Part shown: positions 11,294 to 22,946 of the stretch, in pieces
Layout of the letters: every line of letters starts with the position of its first letter
How positions within the stretch are numbered: the first letter of the stretch is position 1
NCBI GenBank assembly: GCA_963730175.1
Contig: CAVSRF010000022.1
Span: 5,490 to 69,489, forward strand
Source of the DNA: an uncultured Chloroflexia bacterium
GTDB lineage: Bacteria > Chloroflexota > Anaerolineae > Anaerolineales > Villigracilaceae
Length of the DNA: 64,000 nucleotides
Direction of reading: 5' to 3'
Made by a program: the position numbers and the translations under genes
Notes under the pieces: generated by a model
What the model was told of the DNA's origin: nothing
The model's database searches: none
Seen by the model: only the letters and a program-made list of their open reading frames with translations

Positions 11294-11743
11294 ATGTCCG
11301 GAAAATATTACGACGAACTCGAAGTTGGGATGAAATTCAAGCACGCGGGACGTACTGTCACTGAAATGGACAACGTGCTCTTCTCGGCGTTGACGATGAA
11401 CTCACAACCGTTACACGTCAACGAAGATTACGCCTCGAAGACGGAGTTCGGTCAACGGCTGGTGAACGGAGTTTACACATTCGGACTCGTCGTCGGCTTG
11501 ACTGTCCCTGAATTGACGGAAGGCACCATCGTTGCGAATCTTGGCTATGACAAGGTCGTACATCCGAGTCCCGTTTTTCACGGGGATACGATCTATGCCG
11601 AGAGCGAGATCATCGAGATGCGCGAGTCGAAGTCAAGACCTAACGTGGGCATTGTGCGAATCAAATGTTGGGGTAAAAAACCAGACGGTACAATTGTGGT
11701 CGAGTTTGAACGGACGGCAATGTTTTTGAAGAAATCAAAATAA
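11294..11743 (+). CDS. MaoC-family dehydratase
   Basis: RTVTEMDNVLF...PLHVNEDYA...PVFHGDTIYAES. Confidence 0.9.
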   Translation: MSGKYYDELEVGMKFKHAGRTVTEMDNVLFSALTMNSQPLHVNEDYASKTEFGQRLVNGVYTFGLVVGLTVPELTEGTIVANLGYDKVVHPSPVFHGDTIYAESEIIEMRESKSRPNVGIVRIKCWGKKPDGTIVVEFERTAMFLKKSK

Positions 11744-11747
11744 CCAA

Positions 11748-11855
11748 TGTCATTGCGAGGGCGAAGCCCGAAGCAATCTCATTATTTCAAACAATCATAT
11801 GCTTGCCAGTTAGTTAAGATTGCCACGACCTGCTTCGCAGGTCTCGCAATGACAT
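11748..11855. repeat. palindromic repeat (RPE-like)
   Basis: TGTCATTGCGAG...GCAATC...GATTGC...CTCGCAATGACA inverted structure. Confidence 0.75.
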
Positions 11856-11866
11856 AAAGGAAATTT

Positions 11867-12740
11867 ATGCACTCACGACGCGCACTACTATACATGCCTG
11901 GCGATGACCGGCGGAAGATCGAAAAATCCACGACGCTGGGGGTGGACTGCGTTTGCATGGATATGGAGGATGGGACAGCGGTCAACAAGAAAGCTGAGGC
12001 GCGCCAAGTCATTGCACAAGCGATGAAGGAATTGAACTTCGGCGACTCCGAGCGATGTATCCGCATCAACAGCATCGGTTCGGGATTCGAGAAGGATGAT
12101 CTCGCGTCCGCGTTGGAGGCAAGACCTGATTCGATTGTCGTGCCGAAGATCGAATTGGCTGAACAGGTGAAATGGGTCAGCGAGCAGATCGAGTTGTATG
12201 AACTCTCAAACAAACTAAATCTTGGAAGCATCCGTTTGTTGATCGGCGTGGAAACAGCAAAAGGAATTTTGAACTTGAAGGAAATCGCTGAGGCGGATAA
12301 ACGTCTCGAAGCCATCATCTTTGGCGGCGAGGATTTCGCCGCGTCCATTGGCGCGGTGCGGACAAAGTCAGCGATTGAGTTGTTGTATGCGCGGCAGGCT
12401 GTGGTCACTGCCTGTGCGGCGAATGATTTACAGGCGATTGATATTGTCTTTATTGATTTCAAAGATAGCGAAGGACTCCGCACCGAAGCGGAGCAGGGAG
12501 CAGGATTCGGCTTCAGCGGGAAACAGATCATTCACCCGAATCAGGTTCAGGTGACGCAGGAGGCGTTCACTCCATCCGCAGAAGCGATTGAATACGCAAA
12601 GCAGAATCGTCGAGTCGTTTGAATCCAGTCAAAAAGAGGGCAAGGGCGCATACGCGCTCGATGGGAAAATGATCGATATGCCGCTTCTCAAAAACGCGCA
12701 AAAGGTTTTGGACAGGGCAAGAGCCGCGGGAAAGTTGTGA
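11867..12740 (+). CDS. CitE/HpcH family CoA-ester lyase (frameshift near the end)
   Basis: RRALLYMPG, DMEDG, VETAKG, FGGEDF, GKQIIHP; C-terminal DGKMIDMP in another frame. Confidence 0.88.
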
Positions 12741-12810
12741 TTTATGTAACATTGTCAGTGGTACACAAGCTCTGGTAAAGTGGGACAAATTGCAACACCG
12801 GGAAGGGTCT

Positions 12811-14151
12811 ATGAATCAGTTTGTCCAATCTGCCATCGAAGCTGCCAAACAAGGCGACAAAAATAAAGCTATCGGATTTTTGAAACAGGCATTGAACGCC
12901 AATCCAAATGATGTGGACGCGTGGCTCGTACTTGCCGCCGTGATGGATGACCCGCAACGCAAACGTCAATGCCTGAACCGTGTGCTCACGTTGGATCCGG
13001 TGAATGCGATGGCACGTGAGGAACTCCTTGAAATGGACCGCGCCGCGATGGGCGGCACGCCTCCTTTCACAGAGGAACCATCACGTTCATTTGCGCCAGC
13101 GGCAAGTGTTGATCAATCTCCAGCCAAGCCTGCTCCCGTTTCGAAGCCTGCCTCTCAGCCTGAAAAACCATATTATTCATCGGGCACGTCCTCATTCGAA
13201 CCCAAACCTGCTCAGGAACAGGCTGTTTCAGTTCCACCAATAGCGAGAGCACAAACCGCATCCAAACCCAAGCCATCATCGAAAACGATTATAGAAAAAC
13301 CACAGGTATTCAAGTATCCGCTCTTTTGGCGCATCGTGATGTATTTCTTCGTTATTGTTTTGGGCTGCGTCGGACTATTGATGCTAACGCAAAGCGTGCT
13401 TATCGGTCTGCCATTCCTTGCCATTGCTTTCATCATGTTAGTCGCCGCCATAGCCTTCTCCCCTACTGTCAAGATCAGCGATAAGGGCATCCGCGCTTCA
13501 GCCATGCTTTCCAGTGCCGAAACCGGGTGGGATGAGATTGTGTCCATGAAATCCGGTGCCAGCAGATTGGTGCTCACGAAGAGTAACGGCGATGTCGTAC
13601 ACGTCTCGAACCAGGTGAGCAACTATCCACGCATCGTTGAGATCATCCGTCATAAGCGTCCCGACCTTTTTGGGTTGGCAGTACAACCCGGAATGTCCGG
13701 TAGCCAGAGTGCATCTTCAACACCAGCTTTTACAGGTACAAAAACGTTCAAAAAAGGATTGTTCGCACAATACGGTATCATACTTTTGATGCTCCCCTTA
13801 TGTCTGTTTGGTGTGTGGGCTATCTTTTTCCTGAAAAATACGTTCGCAGGAATAGGGATCATCTTCGTGGGTCTGTTATTTATAGCAATATCACTGTTCG
13901 CTATCAACCAAGTCAAATTGGAACCGAACAAACTCATGACTGAAACATTCTTCGGCGAAAAGGTATACACCGCGCAACAGATCAAGGAGATCCGCATGAA
14001 GACCGTCCGCAGTCGGCACGGCATCGCAACGAACTTCGTAGATGTTCAGCTTGTTGATGGAGGCTCCATCTCAATGGCTGGCTTCCCCGAGGGCGATGAG
14101 GTCATCTATGGAATCCTGGTCAACTGGTGGGAGACTTATAAAAACAGGTAA
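12811..14151 (+). CDS. membrane protein with N-terminal TPR, Pro-rich linker and two TM-pair/PH-like modules
   Basis: TPR-like AWLVLA...CLNRVLTLDP; two hydrophobic helix pairs each followed by a beta-rich domain. Confidence 0.65.
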   Translation: MNQFVQSAIEAAKQGDKNKAIGFLKQALNANPNDVDAWLVLAAVMDDPQRKRQCLNRVLTLDPVNAMAREELLEMDRAAMGGTPPFTEEPSRSFAPAASVDQSPAKPAPVSKPASQPEKPYYSSGTSSFEPKPAQEQAVSVPPIARAQTASKPKPSSKTIIEKPQVFKYPLFWRIVMYFFVIVLGCVGLLMLTQSVLIGLPFLAIAFIMLVAAIAFSPTVKISDKGIRASAMLSSAETGWDEIVSMKSGASRLVLTKSNGDVVHVSNQVSNYPRIVEIIRHKRPDLFGLAVQPGMSGSQSASSTPAFTGTKTFKKGLFAQYGIILLMLPLCLFGVWAIFFLKNTFAGIGIIFVGLLFIAISLFAINQVKLEPNKLMTETFFGEKVYTAQQIKEIRMKTVRSRHGIATNFVDVQLVDGGSISMAGFPEGDEVIYGILVNWWETYKNR

Positions 14152-14256
14152 TACAAAACACAAGTCACCAGTATACAGGATTTATAATACTATCATCTCT
14201 GGGGTGATCACCCAGAGTGATATTTTTTATTCGTTCGTTCACCGAGGAAAAACAAC

Positions 14257-15103
14257 TTGTTCTCCATCATCAATGGCATCTTATCCGCCCTTTCATGGGG
14301 TGCGGGCGATTTCGCAGGCGGGCTTGCTACGCGCAAACTGGGTCCCTATCGCGCCGTGTTTTACAGCGACCTGTTGGGTTTGCTCGCACTACTTATTGTC
14401 AATGCTTTTTATAAAGAAATCATCCCCTCTGCATCATCACTGATGATTGCGGGCATAGCCGGGATATGCGGCTCAGTAGGGATGATGCTCTTATATTACA
14501 GCATGGCACGCGGACAGATGAGCATCGCCGCGCCTGTCTCTGCCCTCTTCGCCGCTGCGCTCCCCATTATCGTTGGCGCATTCACACAGGGGTTCCCCAC
14601 TCTGATTCAATTTCTTGGTTTTGGATTGGCGCTTCTTGCCGTGTGGTGGATCTCGCAAGGTGACGCGGCGAATCGCTTCCACGTGGATCGTTTATCCGAC
14701 CTGCGCCTTCCGCTTCTCGCGGGACTTGGGTTTGGCTCCTACTTCATCATCATGCACTACGCTACAAAGGGAATCTCATCCACGGTCTGGCCCATGATCA
14801 TGTCTCGCTTGACAGCGACTCTCATGTTGTTGCGATGGTGCTGATGCGGCGCGAGGCGTTCTCCATTCAACGCGACGCGTGGGGGGTCGTACTGTTCAAT
14901 GCCTTATTGGATGTGGGAGGAAATTTCTTTTATCTGTTCGCTCTCCAATTCGGCAGGCTCGATATATCCGCGATACATCAGTTCCCTCTACCCCGGCGCA
15001 ACAGTCATCCTTGCATGGTATTTTCCTAAAGGAAAGAATAACACGGTCGCAATGGGCAGGCATTCTCATTGCTCTGATGGCAATCGCACTTTTTGCAATA
15101 TAG
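14257..15103 (+). CDS. EamA/DMT family transporter (frameshifted)
   Basis: SALSWGAGDFAGG, MSIAAPVSA, SSLYP, LKERI motifs. Confidence 0.85.
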
Positions 15104-15118
15104 AAGCTATAAAAATTA

Positions 15119-15998
15119 TCAATTTGCTTGAATTCTCTGATCTGCCAGCTTCAAATATTCGTCATTCACTTCATATCCCACATAATGACGTCCCGTTTTC
15201 AGTGCGGCGAGCGCGGTCTGTCCCGATCCCATAAAGGGATCAAGCACAACTTCATTCGAGTATGTGTAAAGTTGGATTAATCGATACGGCAACTCCACTG
15301 GGAACGGAGCGGGATGTCCCACCTTCTTCGCGGACTCGGAGGTAAATCCCCATACCGATTTTGTATATTCCAAGGAACTCTTCTTTCGAGATCGTGCTCT
15401 CACGTCCCTCGATCTTCTGACGTTTGAACGTCCCTTTTGAGAACACAAGGATATATTCGTGTGTATCACGCAATGTGGGGTTGGATGCCGATTGCCACGA
15501 TCCCCACGCTGTAGATGTGCTGGCAGAGGCGGCTTTATCCCAAATGATCTCGCCGCGCATCAAAAATCCCAGGTCGATCATGCTCTTGGCGATCAATCCA
15601 TTCAAGGGAATGTAGGGCTTGCGTCCCAAATTCGCCACATTGACACAGGCGCGCCCTCCCGGAACAAGCACACGATAAACCTCTCCCAGTATACGTTTCA
15701 AAAATGCCAGATACTCATCAAGGGTCAGGTCTTCGTCATATTCCTTGCCCACGTTATACGGCGGCGAAGTCACCATGAGATGGACTGAGTTATCGGGCAA
15801 TTCTGTCATATCTTCGGACGAATGATGGAAGATCACATCCAGCGAAGGAATCGGATTTTCGATGTACGATTCAGCCTCCGGCTTGGTCTGATCCGCATAG
15901 AGACGCGTCTCATAGAACGCGGAGGCGTCATGTCCCTCGCGTCCCGGTGATCCAAACGATGTAGTGGATGTGTTTTCAGAGAATTTTCGCTTTGCCAT
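15119..15998 (-). CDS. beta-class N4/N6 DNA methyltransferase, orphan (frameshifted)
   Basis: TSPPY motif IV precedes HPAPFP and DPFMGSG motif I. Confidence 0.88.
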
Positions 15999-16039
15999 GA
16001 GTTCCTAATGTCAATTATCCCCTAAAACGTGAGAAAAAG

Positions 16040-16083
16040 TAAAGGCGTAATGCAGAACATCATCGTAGTGCATTACGCCTTTT
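16040..16083. terminator. intrinsic terminator hairpin after ssb
   Basis: AAAGGCGTAATGCA...TGCATTACGCCTTT. Confidence 0.65.
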
Positions 16084-16107
16084 ATTCAATTGTAATGAGC
16101 GTAAGAG

Positions 16108-16492
16108 TTACGCCTCGTAATCCGCGGCATCCTCTTCGACAGCCATCACCGGCTCTTCGGATTGCTTCTTATCGAGGAATTGCAGGCTGAGAGCAACCAC
16201 TTTTGTATAAGTATTTGGTTTCTCCGCCTTTATCCTCGTACTTCTCAGTCTTGAGCCTGCCTTCGAGATAAATCAGGCTTCCCTTTTTGAGGTATTCCTG
16301 ACAAACCTCTCCGAGCCGACCCCAAGCCTCGATATTGACCCATTCCGTATATTCCTTGGTTTCTGCGCCGGTCTTCCAACGCTGTGAGACCGCAAGGCTG
16401 AAATGCGCCACTTTCTTGCCCGAGGGTGTGTACTTGCTTTCAGGGTCTTTGCCTAAACGACCGATCAGTTGAACGCGGTTTAATGCTGGCAT
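16108..16492 (-). CDS. ssb: single-stranded DNA-binding protein (frameshift)
   Basis: LNRVQLIGRLGKDPE, TEWVNIEAWGRL, KGSLIYLEGRL. Confidence 0.92.
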
Positions 16493-16642
16493 GTCTCCCT
16501 CACTTTCTGGTTATAGGTTCTTTTAGATGCAATGTTACGTGTCATATCAAGTCTCCTTTTCTTATCTAAAAGCGCAAATGTTTTTTCTCCAGCCTGCTCG
16601 AAAGAGGCTGGAATACGAACAGGGTTATACTTCGAGCAATTA

Positions 16643-16855
16643 CTAACTTTCAGCGGGCGTTTCGGGAGCAGGTGCTTCAGCAGCCGGCTGGTTCTTCTTC
16701 AAAACGAGCATGCCCGTTTTCATCTCGACCACGTTGTACCCTTCGGGCACTGCGTCGAGTGCGTTATCCTTGATCTCTTTCGAGAAGAAGAACATCCTGC
16801 CATTGGAATGCAGGTAGTAGGTATTGCCTTTGGAATTGGTATGTGCGTAAGCCAT
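16643..16855 (-). CDS. small hypothetical protein
   Basis: AGGAG RBS; MAYAHTNSKGNTYYLH...PEGY...GMLVLKK. Confidence 0.7.
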   Translation of the reverse strand: MAYAHTNSKGNTYYLHSNGRMFFFSKEIKDNALDAVPEGYNVVEMKTGMLVLKKNQPAAEAPAPETPAES

Positions 16856-16931
16856 TTTTTCTCCTTGTGAATTAGTTGGAGCCTGAGTTTAGCACATATT
16901 TTCTACATCTGTCAACGTTGGAGAATGGACT

Positions 16932-17765
16932 ATGCGAAGCGTCTCAACACTGGAAGAACTACACTCTGTCCGCCTCTCTTTCTCAGGGACGGTGGGTCTG
17001 GTGCCAACAATGGGATTTCTACACGAGGGGCATCTCTCTCTAATCCGCCGCGCAAGAGAGGAATGCGACCACGTTGTCGTCTCCATCTTCGTCAACCCAA
17101 CTCAGTTCGGGAAGAACGAAGACCTCTCGAAGTATCCGCGCGACATTGACCGTGACCTAAAGCTGATCGAACCCCTCGGCACAGACTTGGTCTGGATGCC
17201 GTCAGCGGAGATCATGTATCCGCAGGGGTATCAGACCTGGGTGGAGGTTGAAGCGATTACCCGTCTATTGGAAGGCGCGATGCGACCAGGTCACTTCAAG
17301 GGAGTCACAACCATCGTTGCCAAGTTATTCAACGGAGTCCAGCCGCATAAAGCGTATTTCGGTCAGAAGGACGCACAACAGGTGGCAGTCATCCGTCAAA
17401 TGGTGAGAGACCTGAACTTCCCGCTTGAGATCGTTGTTTGCCCGATTATGCGTGAACCAGATGGACTGGCGATGTCGAGCCGAAATATTTACCTTGACCC
17501 CGAACAGCGTAAAGCTGCGACGGTGCTGTTTCGCTCATTGAGCGCGGCGAAGGAAGCGTATGAGGGTGGTGAACGAAATGCGGAAAATATAAGAGGGAAG
17601 ATGAAAGAAGTTCTGGCTAGCGAACCGCTTGCCGAGGTGCAATACGTCTCGTGTGCAGATTACGACACGCTCGAAGAGTTGGATGTGATAAAGGGAAAAG
17701 CTCTGCTCTCAATGGCAGTGTTTATGGGAAAAACAAGGTTGATCGATAATTTTGTGTTGGGGTAA
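16932..17765 (+). CDS. panC: pantoate--beta-alanine ligase
   Basis: VPTMGFLHEGH, FVNPTQF, FGQKD, GLAMSSRN, RLIDN. Confidence 0.97.
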   Translation: MRSVSTLEELHSVRLSFSGTVGLVPTMGFLHEGHLSLIRRAREECDHVVVSIFVNPTQFGKNEDLSKYPRDIDRDLKLIEPLGTDLVWMPSAEIMYPQGYQTWVEVEAITRLLEGAMRPGHFKGVTTIVAKLFNGVQPHKAYFGQKDAQQVAVIRQMVRDLNFPLEIVVCPIMREPDGLAMSSRNIYLDPEQRKAATVLFRSLSAAKEAYEGGERNAENIRGKMKEVLASEPLAEVQYVSCADYDTLEELDVIKGKALLSMAVFMGKTRLIDNFVLG

Positions 17766-17768
17766 ATC

Positions 17769-18663
17769 ATGAGTTCAACCTTCCATAAGCGGCAATATTG
17801 GGCTCGTCTCACTATCATCACAATTTTTTCTCTGATAATTGCATTCGCAGGGACATTGATATGGATTAGCTACCAACAAACCCTGAATTATTTGCACCCA
17901 TTGCGGTATGAAGCATCAGGAGAGCTACTGCGAACCAACGGGATCGAATTTAAAGAAGTTGAGTTAATTACAGAAGATAATGTCAAACTCTCGGCATGGT
18001 ATACACCGCCACAAAATGGAGTAGTTATCCTTTTAGCCCATGGATATGGGGATAAACGTTTGGAAGACTTCTATCTCCTTTTTGCTAGTCACAGTTATGG
18101 TGTCATGGCATGGGATTTCCGTGCACACGGTAAAAGTGGAGGGGATTTTTCATCCCTTGGTTATTATGAAGTACTCGATGCAAAAGCCGCACTGGCTTTT
18201 GCGCTTGCCCAGCCAGGCGTGGAACATATCGGCGCATGGGGTGGCTCGATGGGTGCAGTGACAATGATTCGCGCCACAGCCCAATATCCTGAGATCGAAG
18301 CCATCGTGGCAGATAGCCCATTTGCAACGTTGAGAGATGAAATGGACTTGCGCGTTCCGTTTCCACTAATGCGTCCATTGATACGTTTTTTCGCAGAGAG
18401 ACAGACCAGCGTGAGCCTTGATATGGTTCGTCCAGTAGACGACATTTCGCATATCAGCCCGCGTCCTGTCTTCATCATTCAAGGCATGGCAGATAGATCG
18501 GTACCCCTTGAATTCGGCACAACGTTTGTATGATGCGGCAGGAGAGCCGCGCCAGATGTGGCTGGAAGATGGCATTTCTCACTTGGGCATGTTCGTTTCC
18601 TATAAAACGAAATATACCGAGCGGGTTATCGGTTTTTTTGACGAGTATTTGTTAGGAAAATAA
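17769..18663 (+). CDS. membrane-anchored alpha/beta hydrolase (frameshift near the end)
   Basis: HG oxyanion motif, DFRAHGKS, GGSMG nucleophile elbow. Confidence 0.85.
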
Positions 18664-18721
18664 AGGCGGGTTTTCCTACCCACGTTCATGTCCCACACTG
18701 GCGGGGCGAGAAACCCCGTTC

Positions 18722-19609
18722 CTACTTGCTAACCTCTTGCGCCAGTGCAATCGCCCCTAACATCCCGGCACGTCCACCCAATGCAGGCAAAACAATATAT
18801 TCGTCGATATTTTCGATAATCGCCGACGATTGAATATATCCACTCAGGATCGCCTGTACATTCTTGCGGATGGTCGGGAGAAGATCGTCCCGCCCTCCCA
18901 CACCACCGCCAATGATGATGCGTTGTGGTGACAAGGTATAAACATAGTTGGCGAGCGCCAGCGCGATATAGTGCGCTTCCATTTCCCAGGCGGGATGATC
19001 CAATGGGAGCGTTTCTGCTTTTCGTCCCCAGCGTTTTTCCAAGGCGGGACCAGACGCCAGCCCTTCAAAACAATCCTTATGGAAGGGGCAGGCACCTTCG
19101 AATGGATCATATTCCCTGTCGTGCGGAATCATGATGTGCCCCATCTCGGGGCAGAGCAATCCATGCAGGAGTTTTCCGTTCGCCACCACGCCGCCGCCAA
19201 TGCCTGTGCCAACAGTGAGATAAATGAACGTATCCAGCCCTTGTGCAGCGCCCCACTTCCATTCGCCCATCGCCGAACCGTTCACATCCAAGTCAAAAGC
19301 AATGGGAATGTCAAAAGCAGATCTCAACGTTCCCAACACATTTGCATTCGACCAGTTGGGTTTGGGCGTTGAGAGGACAAAACCATAGGCTGGCGAAGCA
19401 GGATTCGGGTCAACCGGACCGAATGTCGCAACTCCCAGAGCAGAGAGCTTGCCAAAATCCAATTCTGCCTGTTTGAAAAAGGAAACAGCTTGACCTAATG
19501 TCTCTTCAGGAGTCGTTGTGGGAATGCGCGTTTCACGACGAATATCATCGGGTCCCGTGCCAACCGCACAGATAAACTTCGTACCGCCGCCTTCAATGCT
19601 GCCGAACAT
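18722..19609 (-). CDS. ROK-family fructokinase
   Basis: [37 protein letters not shown]. Confidence 0.9.
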   Translation of the reverse strand: MFGSIEGGGTKFICAVGTGPDDIRRETRIPTTTPEETLGQAVSFFKQAELDFGKLSALGVATFGPVDPNPASPAYGFVLSTPKPNWSNANVLGTLRSAFDIPIAFDLDVNGSAMGEWKWGAAQGLDTFIYLTVGTGIGGGVVANGKLLHGLLCPEMGHIMIPHDREYDPFEGACPFHKDCFEGLASGPALEKRWGRKAETLPLDHPAWEMEAHYIALALANYVYTLSPQRIIIGGGVGGRDDLLPTIRKNVQAILSGYIQSSAIIENIDEYIVLPALGGRAGMLGAIALAQEVSK

Positions 19610-19610
19610 G

Positions 19611-20855
19611 TTAGGGACCCCATTTCATTTGCTGGGCATATGTTGTGAGTACTACAGATGGACGCCCATCAAAATAAGTGACTTCTGCCTGTCCGCCGAC
19701 GTTTACATCCTGTATTGGAGCGAACGCAACGATGACAAAACTCGCATCAGGCGCCCAGAGGGCATCGTTCATCAACTGGAAATTATCGGCATTGACGACG
19801 GTTCGTCCCGTTACACCATCCGGTGCGGAACGAACGAGTTGCAAAGGTGGACGACCAATAAGCTCATCGGGGCTGGGAGCGCTCACATAGAAAAAATACA
19901 ACTGCCCATCGGGCGCAAGATATGGCTCATCGGCAAAATTGAAATTTCCTCCGCCCGCGTCCGTTGGCAGGAGGGTTGTGACATTACCAGTTGCGGCATC
20001 CAGCCTCCACAAACCGGAACCGAACATTCCTAGCGAAGAGCTGGCTGTAAAAAGAGTGGAACTATCCAACGCCCATATTGGTGTGCCACAACAAAGTGAT
20101 CCAGCTTCGCCGCCTGTAAAGCGGACAAGAGAATCCGTGGCAGGATAAAAGATCGCGCCGAAAATACCATCGCTGTTGGGAATGGCAACTGTGATGAGAA
20201 TCTTTGTCCCATCGGGTGAATATTTTTCGGGGATGTATAACGCACCCGGTAAACCAGTGGATGAGTCAACCTGTTGCGGGAGGATCGGGTTGGATACGCC
20301 CGTAGAAAGAGCATATAGGTTCAGCCCATGCAAACCATAGGCGAGCGTTTGCCCATCGGGTGAAAAAACAGGGTTACTAATACTGGTCTCAAATGGATCG
20401 TTCGCATCCAACGCACCGCCATCCACAAGCATGTGGCGATTCGAACCATCCGCATTGATAAGAAATATCTGATTATTCGATATATACGCCACACTTCCAT
20501 CCACTAGGGATACATCGTATGACCCAACATTGACCGGCTCGAAAGTAATCTGATGCGAGGTGACACCATCGCGCTCGATACGAAAGACCTGTACCAATCC
20601 AGAGTCATCATTGCCCATGTAATAAAAGCTATGCGGAAGTATGCCCGCTGGAGCAGGCGTTTCCGTTGGGATATCAGAAACCACAGGCGTGAGCACCTGC
20701 ATCGTGGAGGCGACAATAGTCGCGACCTGATCGGAATCGGATGAAGATGGTTGTTGATCCGGTCCGTCTCCGCCATTTCCTGCGGGTAAAGCACAAGCCA
20801 TGACAGCAAGCATTAAAACAAGAAAGGCGGTAATCGGACGAAAGCGTTTGTTCAT
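19611..20855 (-). CDS. lipoprotein with TolB-like beta-propeller
   Basis: VMAC lipobox, FSPDG/YSPDG/WAPD repeats. Confidence 0.75.
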   Translation of the reverse strand: MNKRFRPITAFLVLMLAVMACALPAGNGGDGPDQQPSSSDSDQVATIVASTMQVLTPVVSDIPTETPAPAGILPHSFYYMGNDDSGLVQVFRIERDGVTSHQITFEPVNVGSYDVSLVDGSVAYISNNQIFLINADGSNRHMLVDGGALDANDPFETSISNPVFSPDGQTLAYGLHGLNLYALSTGVSNPILPQQVDSSTGLPGALYIPEKYSPDGTKILITVAIPNSDGIFGAIFYPATDSLVRFTGGEAGSLCCGTPIWALDSSTLFTASSSLGMFGSGLWRLDAATGNVTTLLPTDAGGGNFNFADEPYLAPDGQLYFFYVSAPSPDELIGRPPLQLVRSAPDGVTGRTVVNADNFQLMNDALWAPDASFVIVAFAPIQDVNVGGQAEVTYFDGRPSVVLTTYAQQMKWGP

Positions 20856-20961
20856 GAACACCTCATAAAGTTGAATATTAAGATACGGAGACACCGATGT
20901 ATATCTCAGTGTCTCCATTCTTATAGTGATAAGACAAACTCAGCAGTGAATTTGTTCCAAA

Positions 20962-21225
20962 TCACACCTGCTCGAACCGTTCCACAGGGACGACGAACAG
21001 CGTGGCGCGTTTTTCGCCCGAGGGGAGAGGAGGCAGTTTAGAACGGATCAGTTCCAGGGCTGTCTCGACGCGCTCATCCCGCACGCCCAGTAAAAGCGTA
21101 ACAACTCCACTTCGCAGGAATCCACCTGTAGAGGCTACACGTGTGACCCGATATTGGTCCGCAATCAGTGCCTGTGTAACTTCATCCGAGTCGTTATCTT
21201 TGACGATGAGAATAATCATTTTCAT
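20962..21225 (-). CDS. PII-like cyclic-di-AMP receptor (DarA/PstA family), short-loop variant
   Basis: MKMIILIV.D.D, VTRVASTGGFL, ATLFVVPVERFEQV. Confidence 0.88.
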   Translation of the reverse strand: MKMIILIVKDNDSDEVTQALIADQYRVTRVASTGGFLRSGVVTLLLGVRDERVETALELIRSKLPPLPSGEKRATLFVVPVERFEQV

Positions 21226-21302
21226 AATACACACTCCATTATGCTTTTGCTGCCATCATCGGCGGCAAATTCAGCGCCAAGGACGGCGCTGAAAGCAGAA
21301 AA

Positions 21303-21659
21303 TTAGATCTCTTCGAAATGTTCAACGGGCAAGGCAAAAATGGTCGCTCCGCCCACGGTCACAGGAACAGGCGTCGGCATGGGAAGAGGCGAACCTTCCA
21401 ACGGCAGTGTCAGATATTCGATGTGCTGTCGGCAGGTCTCCTGCAGAACCTTGATCACATCCTCTTCCTTCCCACCACGCAAACCGACTAATAAGGTCGC
21501 GTTCCGTCTCCCAAGAAAACCGCCCGCGCTAAAAAGAAAAACAACTGGCACGTCCAAACCTTCCAGTGCCTGAGTAGCCTGGTCACGGTCCTGCTCCTGA
21601 ACCACAGCCAGCATGAGCAGTTTTATCGAAGGCATATCCATGGGCGTCTCCTGTCTCAT
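21303..21659 (-). CDS. PII-like cyclic-di-AMP receptor (DarA/PstA family)
   Basis: AVVQEQD, GGFLGRRNATLLVG, VGGATIFALPVEHFEEI; TGATG overlap with upstream gene. Confidence 0.88.
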   Translation of the reverse strand: MRQETPMDMPSIKLLMLAVVQEQDRDQATQALEGLDVPVVFLFSAGGFLGRRNATLLVGLRGGKEEDVIKVLQETCRQHIEYLTLPLEGSPLPMPTPVPVTVGGATIFALPVEHFEEI

Positions 21660-22945
21660 CAAAACCAATTATAAAAGATAGTATACAAGATACTGGCAAT
21701 TACACAAGCCACCAGCATCACTGGCAGACCACGCCGCATCCACAAAGCCGCAGTGATAGGCGTGCGCGTTTTTTCTGAAAGGGTCACAACAATGATATTG
21801 GCGGTCGAACCGATGATCGTGCCGTTACCGCCAAAGCCCGCGCCAAACGCAAGCGCCCACCATAACGGGGCAATATCCATACCCGACGTCCCAAGCCCGT
21901 GGATAACGGGGATCAACGCGATCGTGATCGGGATATTATCCACCACCGCCGAAAGGATAGCGACCACCCAGATGATCCCCACGCCGAACAAAACCGGGTT
22001 GACACTGGAAGCGCCTCGGAACAAGCCGACAATTGATTCCAGTACCCCAGCCTTTTCCAACCCCCCAACCATGACAAAGAGCGCGCCAAAAAACACAAGT
22101 ACGCTCCACTCGATCTTTTTGAGGATTTCATGCACATCAGGCCGCACCCACAGCATGGCAATCGCTGCCGCGCCCAAAGCTACGAGCGCCGGTTCGATGT
22201 GCAACAAGTGATGGATAAAGAAGAAAAGGATCGCCACGCCCAACACGATGAGAATCTTCTTCGCCGTTTCAGGTTCGTTGAGCGACTCTACCGGGTTGAG
22301 CTTCATCACCGCCCGCACACTGCGCGGACGCTTTGAAAGTTCCTTCTTGAAAAGATAACGCAGCAGCAACAAGATACATACCCACGTTACTGCGACGATC
22401 GGCAGGGAATGAACAAGAAAATCATTGAAAGAAAAGCCAGCCGCAGAGCCGATCAACACGTTCGGCGGGTCACCCACCAAAGTTGCCACACCTCCTGTGT
22501 TGGATAATAAGGCTTCCGCTATAAGATAGGGAATGGCGCTGACCCCGAGAATTTCGCTGATAAGCAATGTTACCGGCGCGATCAACACAACCGTTGTCAC
22601 ATTATCAAGGAACATCGAAAGGACGGTCGTCACACTTCCAAGTAATATAAACAGCCGTACAGGTTCCCCTTTGGAAGCGCGCGCCGCAAGCACAGCCAGA
22701 TATTGAAAGAACCCTGTTGGCTCCAGCATGGCAACCAGGATCATCATTCCAAAAAGGAGACCCAGCGTCTCAAAGTCTATCGCTTCAACAGCGTATTCCA
22801 ATTTATAGAAACCGAAAATCAGCCCCACCACCACCATCAACATTGCTCCGGCAAAAGCAACGATCATTCGGTGGATCCTTTCTGTAAAGATCAAGGCAAG
22901 GCTGGCAACAAAAATCAGGCTTGCCAATATGGCAGCGATATTCAT
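21659..22945 (-). CDS. ArsB/NhaD (IT superfamily) transporter
   Basis: LDNVTTV, NTGGVATLVGDPPN, DNIP, GGNGTIIGSTAN. Confidence 0.88.
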   Translation of the reverse strand: MNIAAILASLIFVASLALIFTERIHRMIVAFAGAMLMVVVGLIFGFYKLEYAVEAIDFETLGLLFGMMILVAMLEPTGFFQYLAVLAARASKGEPVRLFILLGSVTTVLSMFLDNVTTVVLIAPVTLLISEILGVSAIPYLIAEALLSNTGGVATLVGDPPNVLIGSAAGFSFNDFLVHSLPIVAVTWVCILLLLRYLFKKELSKRPRSVRAVMKLNPVESLNEPETAKKILIVLGVAILFFFIHHLLHIEPALVALGAAAIAMLWVRPDVHEILKKIEWSVLVFFGALFVMVGGLEKAGVLESIVGLFRGASSVNPVLFGVGIIWVVAILSAVVDNIPITIALIPVIHGLGTSGMDIAPLWWALAFGAGFGGNGTIIGSTANIIVVTLSEKTRTPITAALWMRRGLPVMLVACVIASILYTIFYNWF

Positions 22946-22946
22946 G

